A stretch of DNA of 43,289 nucleotides from Candidatus Magnetomicrobium cryptolimnococcus (GCA_018606805.1 JAGYWI010000020.1:1-43289); one strand, 5' to 3'; positions 19,262-28,440 are shown, numbered from the stretch's first letter. The notes: generated from the letters alone by a model not told the origin. Made by a program: numbers and translations.

Positions 19262-19846
19262 CTATCCAATCCATACTGTCTTTTTAAAATCCTTCATCCC
19301 TTCTACCAAATGATTAGTTGTTCCTCTAAAGCCAACCAACAAGCTATCCTCCAGACCGTAGTGTTTTAGACATGTGCCACAGGAAAATATTTCAACCCCC
19401 ATACTTTCGAGTCCTTTTAGGATTTTCAGGATTTCATTATCACTTGTTGTAATTTTTACACCGGTATTTAAGAAAAATATAGAATTTGGGATTTCACCCG
19501 TTACCTTCATAGTTTCAAACATACCTTTCATTAATATTTTACCAAGCTCTTCATCTCTACCGATTGCATGGCCTGCAACCACTAAAAATAATGACTTATC
19601 GGTATCGCTTGTTTCATTTGGCTGGGTGCTGCATTGAAAACCTTTAACTATTTTTATTTTCCAGTAATTATCAATTTTTTGAGTTTCGGCGTAAAGACCA
19701 CTTTTTTTAGCAAATCTAACTACATTATTGGAAGATGCCTCATTATCAACCAGGACATCCACTGTACCTTCCTCTATACTGTTAAGACCTTCTTCTGCCA
19801 TCATTACAGGTTTAGGGCAGCCAAGCCCCCTTGCATCAATCAACAT
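19262..19846 (-). CDS. YedF-like protein (TusA/SirA-like N-terminus with CPxP motif fused to a DsrE/DsrF-like domain)
   Basis: ARGLGCPKPVMMAEEGL is a TusA-type CPxP motif. The C-terminal half is DsrE-like with a conserved Cys (FSCGTCLKHYGL). Confidence 0.6.
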   Translation of the reverse strand: MLIDARGLGCPKPVMMAEEGLNSIEEGTVDVLVDNEASSNNVVRFAKKSGLYAETQKIDNYWKIKIVKGFQCSTQPNETSDTDKSLFLVVAGHAIGRDEELGKILMKGMFETMKVTGEIPNSIFFLNTGVKITTSDNEILKILKGLESMGVEIFSCGTCLKHYGLEDSLLVGFRGTTNHLVEGMKDFKKTVWIG

Positions 19847-19886
19847 ACTTTGGTTCCCCCATTGGTAGTTTTTAATAAAGAGGATA

Positions 19887-21392
19887 TTAATCCTGATGAC
19901 CGTTATCGGACATTGTTTGGATAAAATTATTTATGTAAAAGATTATCTCTGTTGAAAGCTCTGTGAATTGACATCCAAACAATAAATAATCGTATGTTTC
20001 GCTTATATTTTTTATATTAAACTGTAAATTTTCAATAGTTTTATCTAATATTCTAAACGTCAGATAGTAATCTTTATTTATGCTATACCCTTTATAGTTG
20101 GCTTTGGGTAATTTTAACATGCAGCCTGCTGTACTTATATTTATTATGATAACTTCTGTTGTAGTTATGTGTTCCATATCAAATATGATAGCAAGTATAT
20201 TGGCTTGGAATCTGTTTTCTTTTCTTTTTAGTGTTTTTTGCCTTTTAAAAATACCGTAGCCCCACAGTTGATGACGATTGATTGCAACGTAGAATCGTTC
20301 AGAGGGTATGACCTCAACGATATTATATGCGTTATCTGAGGTATCTCTGCGAAGTGGTATCATAGAACGATAGCCGTTTGAACGCACAACAATGTGCACG
20401 ATAGGCGTATACACTTTATTGCCGCGCTGGGTTACAACCCCCAGCTCGTTACTTTTAAGTTTAACGTATGACCCGGGCGGGTATATCCCCAGGTTTTTGA
20501 CAAAGATATTAGCTAACTCTATTTCTGAGATTTTTTCACCTTCAAGGAATATCTGTCTTATTGCTGCATCTGGCAGTAGTGGAGGGCGATAATCTCTACC
20601 GCTAACCCTTGCACAATAAATATCAGCCATTTTGATAACCCGCGCAGGCTGCAATATAGCATCCCCTTGCAATCCAAAAGGATAGCCGCTTCCGTCGGCT
20701 GATTCATGATGCTGAAGGACTGATTCTAACCATATTTCATCCTTGATGCCATATTTGCGCAAGATTTCTAATCCTTTTTCAGGGTGTAAGTGTACTATTT
20801 TTTGTTGATTTTCGCTTAACTGTTCTTCTTGTTTTAAAAGTAAATCCTGCAGCTCTATCATACCTATATTCATAGTTATGGCAGCGCATATTGTGGACAA
20901 TCTTATCTCTTGGTTCCACCCGAGGGATTTGCCTATTATTTCACACACTATTGCTGTTTGCAGCGAATGTTTTACGGAGTAGCGTGTATTGTGGCTCATC
21001 ATAATAGTGCCAAGACACAGGTCCTCATCTTCTACGCATACTCTTTGGATAGTTTTCGCTATATTTACAAATTTAGGCTCAAACTCTGTCAGATTATTAA
21101 TATTATGAAAATAGTTATCCAGTTGTAAAAGGGCAAAGTCTATCAAGTCAAAAGGCGAATCCTCAGCTTCTACTACTACTTCTTCGGCCGATGGCTCTGT
21201 TGGTATGTTTTTATTATTTTCCCCTATTCCTTCTATTTCTAGGGAGTTTAAAATCTTCATCCGGTCTACATCTTTAAAGACAAAGCCTTTATTTAGCATA
21301 AGCTCACCGTGGTCATCCACCACAGGCTCTGTTATAGGCTCACCTACATTGATTTTCTGTTCCTTTATGCGTCTTGGTCTCATTTTTTCCAA
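19887..21392 (-). CDS. HD-GYP domain protein with C-terminal PilZ domain (c-di-GMP phosphodiesterase/receptor fusion)
   Basis: A HHESADGSGYPFGL GYP motif is present. The second HD-type metal-binding motif appears replaced (AITMNIGM where HDIGK is expected). C-terminal RKENR...NISTAGCML matches the PilZ RxxxR...(D/N)xSxxG motifs. Confidence 0.7.
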   Translation of the reverse strand: MEKMRPRRIKEQKINVGEPITEPVVDDHGELMLNKGFVFKDVDRMKILNSLEIEGIGENNKNIPTEPSAEEVVVEAEDSPFDLIDFALLQLDNYFHNINNLTEFEPKFVNIAKTIQRVCVEDEDLCLGTIMMSHNTRYSVKHSLQTAIVCEIIGKSLGWNQEIRLSTICAAITMNIGMIELQDLLLKQEEQLSENQQKIVHLHPEKGLEILRKYGIKDEIWLESVLQHHESADGSGYPFGLQGDAILQPARVIKMADIYCARVSGRDYRPPLLPDAAIRQIFLEGEKISEIELANIFVKNLGIYPPGSYVKLKSNELGVVTQRGNKVYTPIVHIVVRSNGYRSMIPLRRDTSDNAYNIVEVIPSERFYVAINRHQLWGYGIFKRQKTLKRKENRFQANILAIIFDMEHITTTEVIIINISTAGCMLKLPKANYKGYSINKDYYLTFRILDKTIENLQFNIKNISETYDYLLFGCQFTELSTEIIFYINNFIQTMSDNGHQD

Positions 21393-21407
21393 ATTCTTAA
21401 TGCTTAG

Positions 21408-22376
21408 TTAGGCATTTATTGCTGACTTTATTTCATCATCGAGGGTAATTTTATTACCACCGCCTTTTTTACTAATCTCCATCAACTGTTGAGCACGACT
21501 TCTTAGTTGAAATATAGTTTCCTTCTTTTTAGCAAGCGTTGCACCTATGGAAACAAATATTGGCACAGCCCTTTCGTTTACTTTATATTTACATGTTTCA
21601 GCTATTCTTCTTGAGCGCTCAGCTATTATTGGCAGCGTATCTTCATTGACATTTGCAAGTATCATTGTAAATTCCGACTCATCCCATCTGCTTATTGTAT
21701 CGTAGGGTCTTACGCTTTCAGCTAAGGCCCCAGCGACTATTTTTATTATACTATTTCCATGCACTTTACCGATAGTTGACGATATTCTTTCTATATGATC
21801 TATGCTAAGAAATATGAGACCAAAAGGCCATCCATACCTCATCCACTCATTAAATCTCGCCTTTAAATTTATCTCCGCATACTTCCTATTTCCAAGCTCT
21901 GTTAGAGGGTCTATCAAATTAAGGCTACGCAGTTTTGTAAACTGTCGCTCAAGTTTTATCTTTTCTGCATTTTCAATAAAAACAGCAATAGCCCCTAATC
22001 GCTGCCCTTTGTCGTCTTCTACAGGATTCACTTTTAGTATAACTGGGACTTTTTTCTTTTCCTTATTGTATAAAAACACTTCCTCTGTTTCTGGTACGCC
22101 ACTTAGCATCACCTTACTTATTAAATCATCACCATTACTTACATTTATACCCATTCCATCGGCATATCGTATAATCCCACTAAAATAATCCTTTCCAACC
22201 ACGTCAGATATATCATACCCTACTAGCTTTTCGGCTTCTTTATTCCAGTATCGTATAATCATCTGCTTATCAACAAACAGTACTGCTTGCAGTTGACTAT
22301 CAATCAATAGTTTATAAAAATTATTTTCCTCTATGTTATCCATATTCATCATCTTCCTACTTAACACACAACACAC
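21408..22376 (-). CDS. PAS-GGDEF-like protein with a degenerate active site (SRWDESEF in place of GGDEF)
   Basis: N-terminal PAS-like fold. The GGDEF-domain scaffold is conserved (DPLTELGNRKY, Ploop-like region) but the signature reads RWDESEF. Confidence 0.65.
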   Translation of the reverse strand: MCCVLSRKMMNMDNIEENNFYKLLIDSQLQAVLFVDKQMIIRYWNKEAEKLVGYDISDVVGKDYFSGIIRYADGMGINVSNGDDLISKVMLSGVPETEEVFLYNKEKKKVPVILKVNPVEDDKGQRLGAIAVFIENAEKIKLERQFTKLRSLNLIDPLTELGNRKYAEINLKARFNEWMRYGWPFGLIFLSIDHIERISSTIGKVHGNSIIKIVAGALAESVRPYDTISRWDESEFTMILANVNEDTLPIIAERSRRIAETCKYKVNERAVPIFVSIGATLAKKKETIFQLRSRAQQLMEISKKGGGNKITLDDEIKSAINA

Positions 22377-22650
22377 CCATTACAAAGGTCCCAAAATACT
22401 ATCTGACGCACTATCTGCGACATTATCATTGTGATTTACATTGATTAAACAACTATCTATGATTTACAATCAATCATATTTGCTTTTATAAAAATAGACG
22501 CCACGCAGCACCTCTTAACTTAAAAATTACCTAAAACTCTAATTATAGTATATAATATTCTAATATTATGCGTCAAGTAAAATTTTTATTTACACATATT
22601 GATAATATATTAGTGAAATTAGAGCCCCATTCTAAATAGGTGTTATTAAT

Positions 22651-22679
22651 AAGAAAGAGGTATTGAGAACCTCTCTCTT
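22651..22679 (-). terminator. Candidate terminator hairpin after the adhesin gene (AAGAGAGAGG-loop-CCTCTTTCTT on the transcribed strand)
   Basis: A 10-bp stem with one mismatch lies 18 nt downstream of the 22697 stop. It is followed on the minus strand by an A/U-rich stretch. Confidence 0.35.
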
Positions 22680-22696
22680 ATTAAATATTATAAACA

Positions 22697-25600
22697 TTAC
22701 TTAATCTCTATCTTACTTTGAGCAGTTGTAAACTGCACATTGATAACTACTAATCCTATATCAATAATAGCTTTAGGGTCAGTTGCAAGAGACGATATTT
22801 TATTCGAGTCTACAAAGCCAGTAGCATGATATTTACCGTTTGAACAGTTAATATCTGATTTATTAGTAACCAACCCCACATCTACTAACGTACCATCGGA
22901 GTTTTCAAGAAGAAGTTTAGTTGTAACATTCATGGTATTACCCGTACAATCAATACCTGTAACGTCAGCCTTAATCTGTGTTTCACCATTTTTGAAGACC
23001 ACATGTGCTTTTATGTCAGACATAGCACTTTCTTTTTGTACCTCAGCCTGTGCGTTAGCATCAGCAGCAGCATCTGTATCTGTTTTTACATCAGATTCCG
23101 AAGGGGTATCGTCAAAGTTTATTTTAAATTTAGATATAGTAAATGGATTGTTATTTGGTTTACCTGTATCTGTCCCTGTTGTAAAACCAAATTTGATTGT
23201 AGACATAGTGTCATAGTGCATATAAAAACACTTATCTATAAAAGGTGATTCATCTAAATAATCTGTTGACAACTTGTTACTATCTGGCGCGTCAATCCAT
23301 ACCTTATATTCAGCATAGTTTCCAGCACCGGTATCGCAATTACTACATGTATTGCCACCATCTGGGCTTGCACACCCTGTATGAAGTTCTATCCTAACTG
23401 TGTGCAAGTTGGCATCTTCAAGCCATATAGGTCCAGTAGTACCATTTTTATGGCAACACCCTGACCAACAAGTATAGTTCCCGCTATCAGCCGTTGGTGG
23501 ACAAAGTGGATTTGCAGGCAGCGATATAACTGTATGGTTATTATTACCATTAAAAACCATTGCCACATGATTTTTTTCTAAACCATAGTACTGTGATGAC
23601 TCATAATAAAAATCCTTTGTCCCAGAATCTGGATACATATCAAATTCCAAACCCAAACTGTATCCACCTATATTATTACCTACACTATTATTCTTCCTAC
23701 CATAACCAAGGCCATTACCAGGTCCTCCACAAGTGCTCACTGCCCTTTCGCCCTCAATCATAGCAAATACAAAACCACCTTTATAGTCTGTGCTATTTAA
23801 GCTGCTATCACCATCATCGGATTCATCGTCGTCATCGGACTTTTTGTCTTTATCGCTTTTATCTTTATCGGAGTCCTTATCGTCATCATCGTCATGCTCC
23901 GATAATTTGCTTTTATCTTTATCAGTCTTGTTTTTGTCATCATCGTCATCATCGTCATGCTCTGATAATTTGCTTTTATCTTTATCAGTTTTGTTTTTGT
24001 CATCATCGTCATCGGATTTTTTGTCTTTATCGCTTTTATCCTTATCGGAGTCCTTATCGTCGTCATCGTCATGCTCCGATAATTTGCTTTTATCCTTATC
24101 AGTCTTGTTTTTGTCATCATCATCGTCATCGGACTTTTTGTCTTTATCGCTTTTATCCTTATCAGTTTTGTTTTTGTCATCATCGTCATCATCGGATTTT
24201 TTGTCTTTATCGCTTTTATCCTTATCGGAGTCCTTATCGTCGTCATCGTCATGCTCCGATAATTTGCTTTTATCCTTATCAGTCTTGTTTTTGTCATCAT
24301 CATCGTCATCATCGGACTTTTTGTCTTTATCGCTTTTATCCTTATCAGTCTTGTTTTTGTCATCATCGTCATCATCGGATTTTTTGTCTTTATCGCTTTT
24401 ATCTTTATCGGAGTCCTTGTCGTCGTCATCGTCATGTTCTGATAATTTGCTTTTATCTTTATCAGTCTTGTTTTTGTCGTCATCGTCATCGTCGGATTTT
24501 TTGTCTTTATCGCTTTTATCTTTATCGGAGTCCTTGTCGTCGTCATCGTCATGTTCTGATAATTTGCTTTTATCTTTATCAGTCTTGTTTTTGTCGTCAT
24601 CGTCATCGTCGGATTTTTTGTCTTTATCGCTTTTATCTTTATCGGAGTCCTTGTCGTCATCATCGTCATGCTCCGATAATTTGCTTTTATCTTTATCAGT
24701 TTTGTTTTTGTCATCATCATCGTCATCATCGGACTTTTTGTCTTTATCGCTTTTATCCTTATCGGAGTCCTTATCGTCGTCATCGTCATGCTCCGATAAT
24801 TTGCTTTTATCCTTATCAGTCTTGTTTTTGTCATCATCATCGTCATCATCGGACTTTTTGTCTTTATCGCTTTTATCTTTATCGGAGTCCTTATCGTCAT
24901 CATCGTCATGCTCCGATAATTTGCTTTTATCTTTATCAGTCTTGTTTTTGTCATCATCGTCATCATCGGACTTTTTGTCTTTATCGCTTTTATCTTTATC
25001 GGAGTCCTTATCATCGTCATCGTCATGCTCCGATAATTTGCTTTTATCTTTATCAGTCTTGTTTTTGTCATCATCGTCATCATCGGACTTTTTGTCTTTA
25101 TCGCTTTTATCTTTATCGGAGTCCTTATCGTCATCATCGTCATGCTCCGATAATTTGCTTTTATCTTTATCAGTTTTGTTTTTGTCATCATCGTCATCAT
25201 CGGACTTTTTGTCTTTATCGCTTTTATCTTTATCGGAGTCCTTATCGTCATCATCGTCATGCTCCGATAATTTGCTTTTATCTTTATCAGTCTTGTTCTT
25301 GTCATCATCATCATCATCGGATTTTTTGTCTTTATCGCTTTTATCTTTATCGGAGTCCTTATCATCGTCATCATCGGTCGTATCTTTACCATTTTTATCA
25401 GAATCCTTATCTTTGCTATCTTTACCGGCTTTATCAGAATCATCATCGGACATTGTATTTTTCAGAAATTTATCAAAATCATCATCACTGTCTGAATCAT
25501 TATCATCTTTACTGCTATCATTACTTTTTGTTTCACTTTCGGCATAAGCCGCCTGCATCTCAAAATATATCCTTGTAGTTTTATCTTTTATCGGACATGA

Positions 25601-26707
25601 AGTTGCTGAACACGGTGAAACAGTATTTTGTCCATCTGGAAACCACACACATCCCCACAAATCATTTGCGTTGACACTCTGCTCAGTTGATTCCTCACCA
25701 ACCTTTAAAGTTTTAGAACTAGTATCTTTCGTTATAGCCGAACTATAACCTTCATATTCTGCAAAATGCTCAAGCGCTTCATCAAAAGAAATCTCCGAAT
25801 CATTAGAACCACCATCATCATCACCTCCCCCCTCACTACAATTAGTGTTCACTGCAAGGGATAGTGTCCTTTTAGCGGTATTTGCTATTGGCGAGTCGCT
25901 ATCCATCACCATCAGTGTAACTTGCGTTGATGGAGCCGTTGCCGCAGAAGCGGAGCCTAACTGCACGTTGGCATATGGCGTTGACCACGTTGGACAAGTA
26001 GTAGAAGGCATTACTGATAACCAGCTCGGTACAGAACCTTCTATACACCATTTATAATTAGTCTCATTAAATGGCACACCACCTTCGGCGTAAATAATAG
26101 CTGCATAATTCGTACTGCCGACACAAACGCTTGGTAGCTCATTATTTAATATTATGAGTTTTCCTCTTGTTTTACCATAACAACCTATTTTTTGCTGCAA
26201 ATCCTGCAGGCTCAAATATTGATACACATCACTGGTACTTAGGCTTACAGTTGTAAATGAGGTAATACCTTGTTCCGAAGCAGATGAGATATTTGTAGAA
26301 TTTAGCGCCGTATCCTCCCCTTTACTTATAATGGCGACAGCTACGGCTTTACTTTCCCCTGATACGGATAAGACCGTATTACTGTTTCCACAAATGTTAT
26401 TCGTGGATGCAAGCTCATTTGCATATACATATATTAGGGGTTGATTATATTTATCGTTTTTTACAATAATGGAAGTTGGCAGCTTCTTATTTTCAGTTGC
26501 ATAACTTATAATATAATTAATATTATCTCCAATAACGTCTGAGGTAGCAGTTATAACCCCTTTTTTCGTTTTTGGTGTAACCGACATAAGCCCTATGCTT
26601 GTTACAACAATCAAAAGCCCTAACGCTACAATTAAACCTATGCTGCCGGCTCTATTTGTAATATAACTTTCCATATGTTTTATTTTTTTATAGTAATTTA
26701 TAAGCAT
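22697..26707 (-). CDS. Giant modular pilin-like adhesin (1336 aa): N-terminal TM helix + pilin-paralogue module, ~530-aa poly-acidic D/K/S tandem-repeat stalk, L-type (legume-like) lectin domain, C-terminal beta domain
   Basis: The first ~300 aa are clearly paralogous to the adjacent 309-aa pilin (IISYATENKKLPTS / IIGYTAQNKRLPTS; STNNICG; KIGCYGKTRGKLIILNNELP...STNYAAIIYAEGG / QIGCSGEPLRIINNELP...GTNYNAAIYVEGG; YKWCIEGS / YKWCLDTS). The lectin block GGFVFAMIEGE...GGYSLGLEFDMYPDSG...KNHVAMVFNGNNNH...IKFGFTTGTDTG matches the legume-lectin signatures (GGxLGLF; VAVEFDTxxN...DP..HIGIDVNS; VGFSATTG). Confidence 0.8.
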   Translation of the reverse strand: MLINYYKKIKHMESYITNRAGSIGLIVALGLLIVVTSIGLMSVTPKTKKGVITATSDVIGDNINYIISYATENKKLPTSIIVKNDKYNQPLIYVYANELASTNNICGNSNTVLSVSGESKAVAVAIISKGEDTALNSTNISSASEQGITSFTTVSLSTSDVYQYLSLQDLQQKIGCYGKTRGKLIILNNELPSVCVGSTNYAAIIYAEGGVPFNETNYKWCIEGSVPSWLSVMPSTTCPTWSTPYANVQLGSASAATAPSTQVTLMVMDSDSPIANTAKRTLSLAVNTNCSEGGGDDDGGSNDSEISFDEALEHFAEYEGYSSAITKDTSSKTLKVGEESTEQSVNANDLWGCVWFPDGQNTVSPCSATSCPIKDKTTRIYFEMQAAYAESETKSNDSSKDDNDSDSDDDFDKFLKNTMSDDDSDKAGKDSKDKDSDKNGKDTTDDDDDKDSDKDKSDKDKKSDDDDDDKNKTDKDKSKLSEHDDDDDKDSDKDKSDKDKKSDDDDDDKNKTDKDKSKLSEHDDDDDKDSDKDKSDKDKKSDDDDDDKNKTDKDKSKLSEHDDDDDKDSDKDKSDKDKKSDDDDDDKNKTDKDKSKLSEHDDDDDKDSDKDKSDKDKKSDDDDDDDKNKTDKDKSKLSEHDDDDDKDSDKDKSDKDKKSDDDDDDDKNKTDKDKSKLSEHDDDDDKDSDKDKSDKDKKSDDDDDDKNKTDKDKSKLSEHDDDDDKDSDKDKSDKDKKSDDDDDDKNKTDKDKSKLSEHDDDDDKDSDKDKSDKDKKSDDDDDDKNKTDKDKSDKDKKSDDDDDDDKNKTDKDKSKLSEHDDDDDKDSDKDKSDKDKKSDDDDDDKNKTDKDKSDKDKKSDDDDDDKNKTDKDKSKLSEHDDDDDKDSDKDKSDKDKKSDDDDDKNKTDKDKSKLSEHDDDDDDDKNKTDKDKSKLSEHDDDDDKDSDKDKSDKDKKSDDDDESDDGDSSLNSTDYKGGFVFAMIEGERAVSTCGGPGNGLGYGRKNNSVGNNIGGYSLGLEFDMYPDSGTKDFYYESSQYYGLEKNHVAMVFNGNNNHTVISLPANPLCPPTADSGNYTCWSGCCHKNGTTGPIWLEDANLHTVRIELHTGCASPDGGNTCSNCDTGAGNYAEYKVWIDAPDSNKLSTDYLDESPFIDKCFYMHYDTMSTIKFGFTTGTDTGKPNNNPFTISKFKINFDDTPSESDVKTDTDAAADANAQAEVQKESAMSDIKAHVVFKNGETQIKADVTGIDCTGNTMNVTTKLLLENSDGTLVDVGLVTNKSDINCSNGKYHATGFVDSNKISSLATDPKAIIDIGLVVINVQFTTAQSKIEIK
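23800..25400. repeat. Intragenic near-perfect tandem repeat, ~13 units of 117 bp (39 aa: KDSDKDKSDKDKKSDDDDDDKNKTDKDKSKLSEHDDDDD) with shorter 63-bp variants
   Basis: Units are nearly identical at the nucleotide level (gataatttgcttttatctttatcagtcttgtttttgtcatcatcgtcatc... recurs). The repeat generates long stop-free artefactual ORFs in other frames. Confidence 0.9.
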
Positions 26708-26732
26708 AAAATATATTACCTCCTATTATAGT

Positions 26733-27662
26733 CTATGTAGGATTAAGGGTAAGTACAAACGTTTTTTCCGAGCAGTTACCATCACCATCTCTGACAAAAA
26801 CCTTTATTCTATAAGAGCCTGTTTGTGAATTACTTGAGCCAGCTCCTATTATCTGTACATTACTTGCACTTGCCCACGTAGTGTCAACCGATGATGAGCA
26901 GTTGGCCGGCACTACACAGCCGGGTGTTGGGTCTGTATAGCCACCCGGATAATTTGAAGTATCCAAACACCACTTATACATAGAAGTGTTTGAACCGCCT
27001 TCAACGTATATGGCGGCATTATAATTAGTTCCAGCATACCCATACGGTAGCTCATTATTTATAATGCGTAGCGGCTCACCAGAACAGCCTATTTGTGTCC
27101 TTAGCTCTCCAAGTGTTGTCCATATTACGATGTCATCATACGTAGTATCACCTATTTTTTCATTCTTATACACCATAATAGGGCTACTTGATGTATTTGT
27201 TTCAAGTATATAATCGCTGCCATTACTTGCAGCAAGGAAGGCTATGTTTTTTATATCAACATAATCAACGTTAGCAGTGCCAGAGGCACAGTTTGAGTTA
27301 TCTATACAACTGCGCACCGTTACAGACGTTGTCTTTCTACCGCATATGTTATTTGTGCTTCCAAGCGTGCTATCAATCAAATAAAGCAGATTTTGGTTCC
27401 ACCCATCTATCGCCTTTGTAACTACCCCTTTAAATTCGCTTGAAGTGGGTAATCTTTTGTTTTGTGCCGTATAACCAATAACAGACTCACGTGCAGCATC
27501 TACGATATTTTTGGTTTTATTGACATTTTGCATATCTATTAGAGGGCCTAATAGATTAGCCCCCATGCCAAGGATAATACCAACGATGACCAACACAACG
27601 GCCATTTCTATCAGGGTTAAACCGTCTTGTAAACGCAACACTACTTTGCCTTGCTTAAACAT
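26733..27662 (-). CDS. Type IV pilin-like protein (309 aa) with class III signal peptide
   Basis: The N-terminus LQDG-LTLIEMAVVLVIVGIILGMG is a prepilin cleavage/methylation motif (G|xTLIE with Glu at +5). A long globular domain with several Cys pairs follows. It is paralogous to the N-terminal third of the downstream giant protein. Confidence 0.8.
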   Translation of the reverse strand: MFKQGKVVLRLQDGLTLIEMAVVLVIVGIILGMGANLLGPLIDMQNVNKTKNIVDAARESVIGYTAQNKRLPTSSEFKGVVTKAIDGWNQNLLYLIDSTLGSTNNICGRKTTSVTVRSCIDNSNCASGTANVDYVDIKNIAFLAASNGSDYILETNTSSSPIMVYKNEKIGDTTYDDIVIWTTLGELRTQIGCSGEPLRIINNELPYGYAGTNYNAAIYVEGGSNTSMYKWCLDTSNYPGGYTDPTPGCVVPANCSSSVDTTWASASNVQIIGAGSSNSQTGSYRIKVFVRDGDGNCSEKTFVLTLNPT

Positions 27663-27743
27663 TTAGTCCCCCCCCAGTGACACTTAAATATATACACTTA
27701 TAAAATAGAATAAAAAAATATTAAAAATCAAGCAGTCAACAAA

Positions 27744-27798
27744 CAATTTTTAGGCAATTTTTAGGCAATTTTTAGGCAATTTTTAGGCAATTTTTAGG
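27744..27798. repeat. Perfect tandem repeat, 5 x 11 bp (CAATTTTTAGG)
   Basis: 27744-27798 lies ~80 bp upstream of the 309-aa pilin start. It sits between the small pilin gene and the pilin-lectin pair. Confidence 0.9.
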
Positions 27799-27813
27799 AT
27801 AACTTCGGGGTTG

Positions 27814-27837
27814 AGGGGAGCCTCATAGGTCTCCCCC
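27814..27837 (-). terminator. REP-type hairpin (GGGGAGCC-TCAT-AGGTCTCCCC) immediately 3-prime of the small pilin gene; probable terminator
   Basis: It lies 28 nt after the 27865 stop. It belongs to the same family as the GGGAGCCCCCATGAGGCTCCC hairpins beside gyrA. Confidence 0.4.
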
Positions 27838-27864
27838 TACGCAGTTTTACTGATTATCTTATTG

Positions 27865-28440
27865 TTACCACACCCTTACAGAGGCATCCCGGTTTGAGCC
27901 AGTTAATCCATTACACACGGCTGCGTTACCGGCGGCATCAGTATAGTCATCATTGCCTGGAGTCGCTCCATCGCCTCGTACGTAACCCGTTGTGTTATAA
28001 CCGTCATCAAGGGTTATGTCAAGAATACATAAGGTTTGATCTATGCCGTTATCAGTGTGCACACATTTCATACCAGAGCTTGTACTATATGTGTCTTCTG
28101 TATAGCCGGAGTTTGAGCTACCTGTACAATTTTGTAATGCCCACGTTGTGCCATCTGAAAATGTGAAATCATTTGAAGAAACACCACCTTCTGTAACCAA
28201 TGCTGATTGACTGGCTGGTAATGAGCTGTATTTGGCATAATACGACGCCACAGCAGTTTGGATTTTATTAATTCTTTGTATATCAGCCTTCTTATTCGAT
28301 GTATCTATTAGCGATATACCTTTTACTGCCATACCAATAATTATTCCTATAACAACGAGCGCTATTGCAAGTTCAATCAACGTAAAACCACTACTTTTTG
28401 TAATTTGCATCCGATGCAAATACACACTAATCTTTTTCAT
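27865..28440 (-). CDS. Type IV pilin / pseudopilin (191 aa), candidate major subunit
   Basis: KSSG-FTLIELAIALVVIGIIIGMAVKG is a canonical prepilin peptidase motif (G|FTLIE). It is followed by a small Ser/Thr/Gly-rich globular domain with two Cys near the C-terminus (a D-region-like disulfide). Confidence 0.8.
   Translation of the reverse strand: MKKISVYLHRMQITKSSGFTLIELAIALVVIGIIIGMAVKGISLIDTSNKKADIQRINKIQTAVASYYAKYSSLPASQSALVTEGGVSSNDFTFSDGTTWALQNCTGSSNSGYTEDTYSTSSGMKCVHTDNGIDQTLCILDITLDDGYNTTGYVRGDGATPGNDDYTDAAGNAAVCNGLTGSNRDASVRVW

Noticed and set aside
23790-25547. 585-aa plus-strand Ser/Leu-rich ORF and the 549-aa minus-strand Met/Thr/Lys-rich ORF (23797-25446)
   Set aside because: Both are stop-free only because they run through the perfect 117-bp tandem repeat. 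They are alternative-frame artefacts of the adhesin gene repeat.
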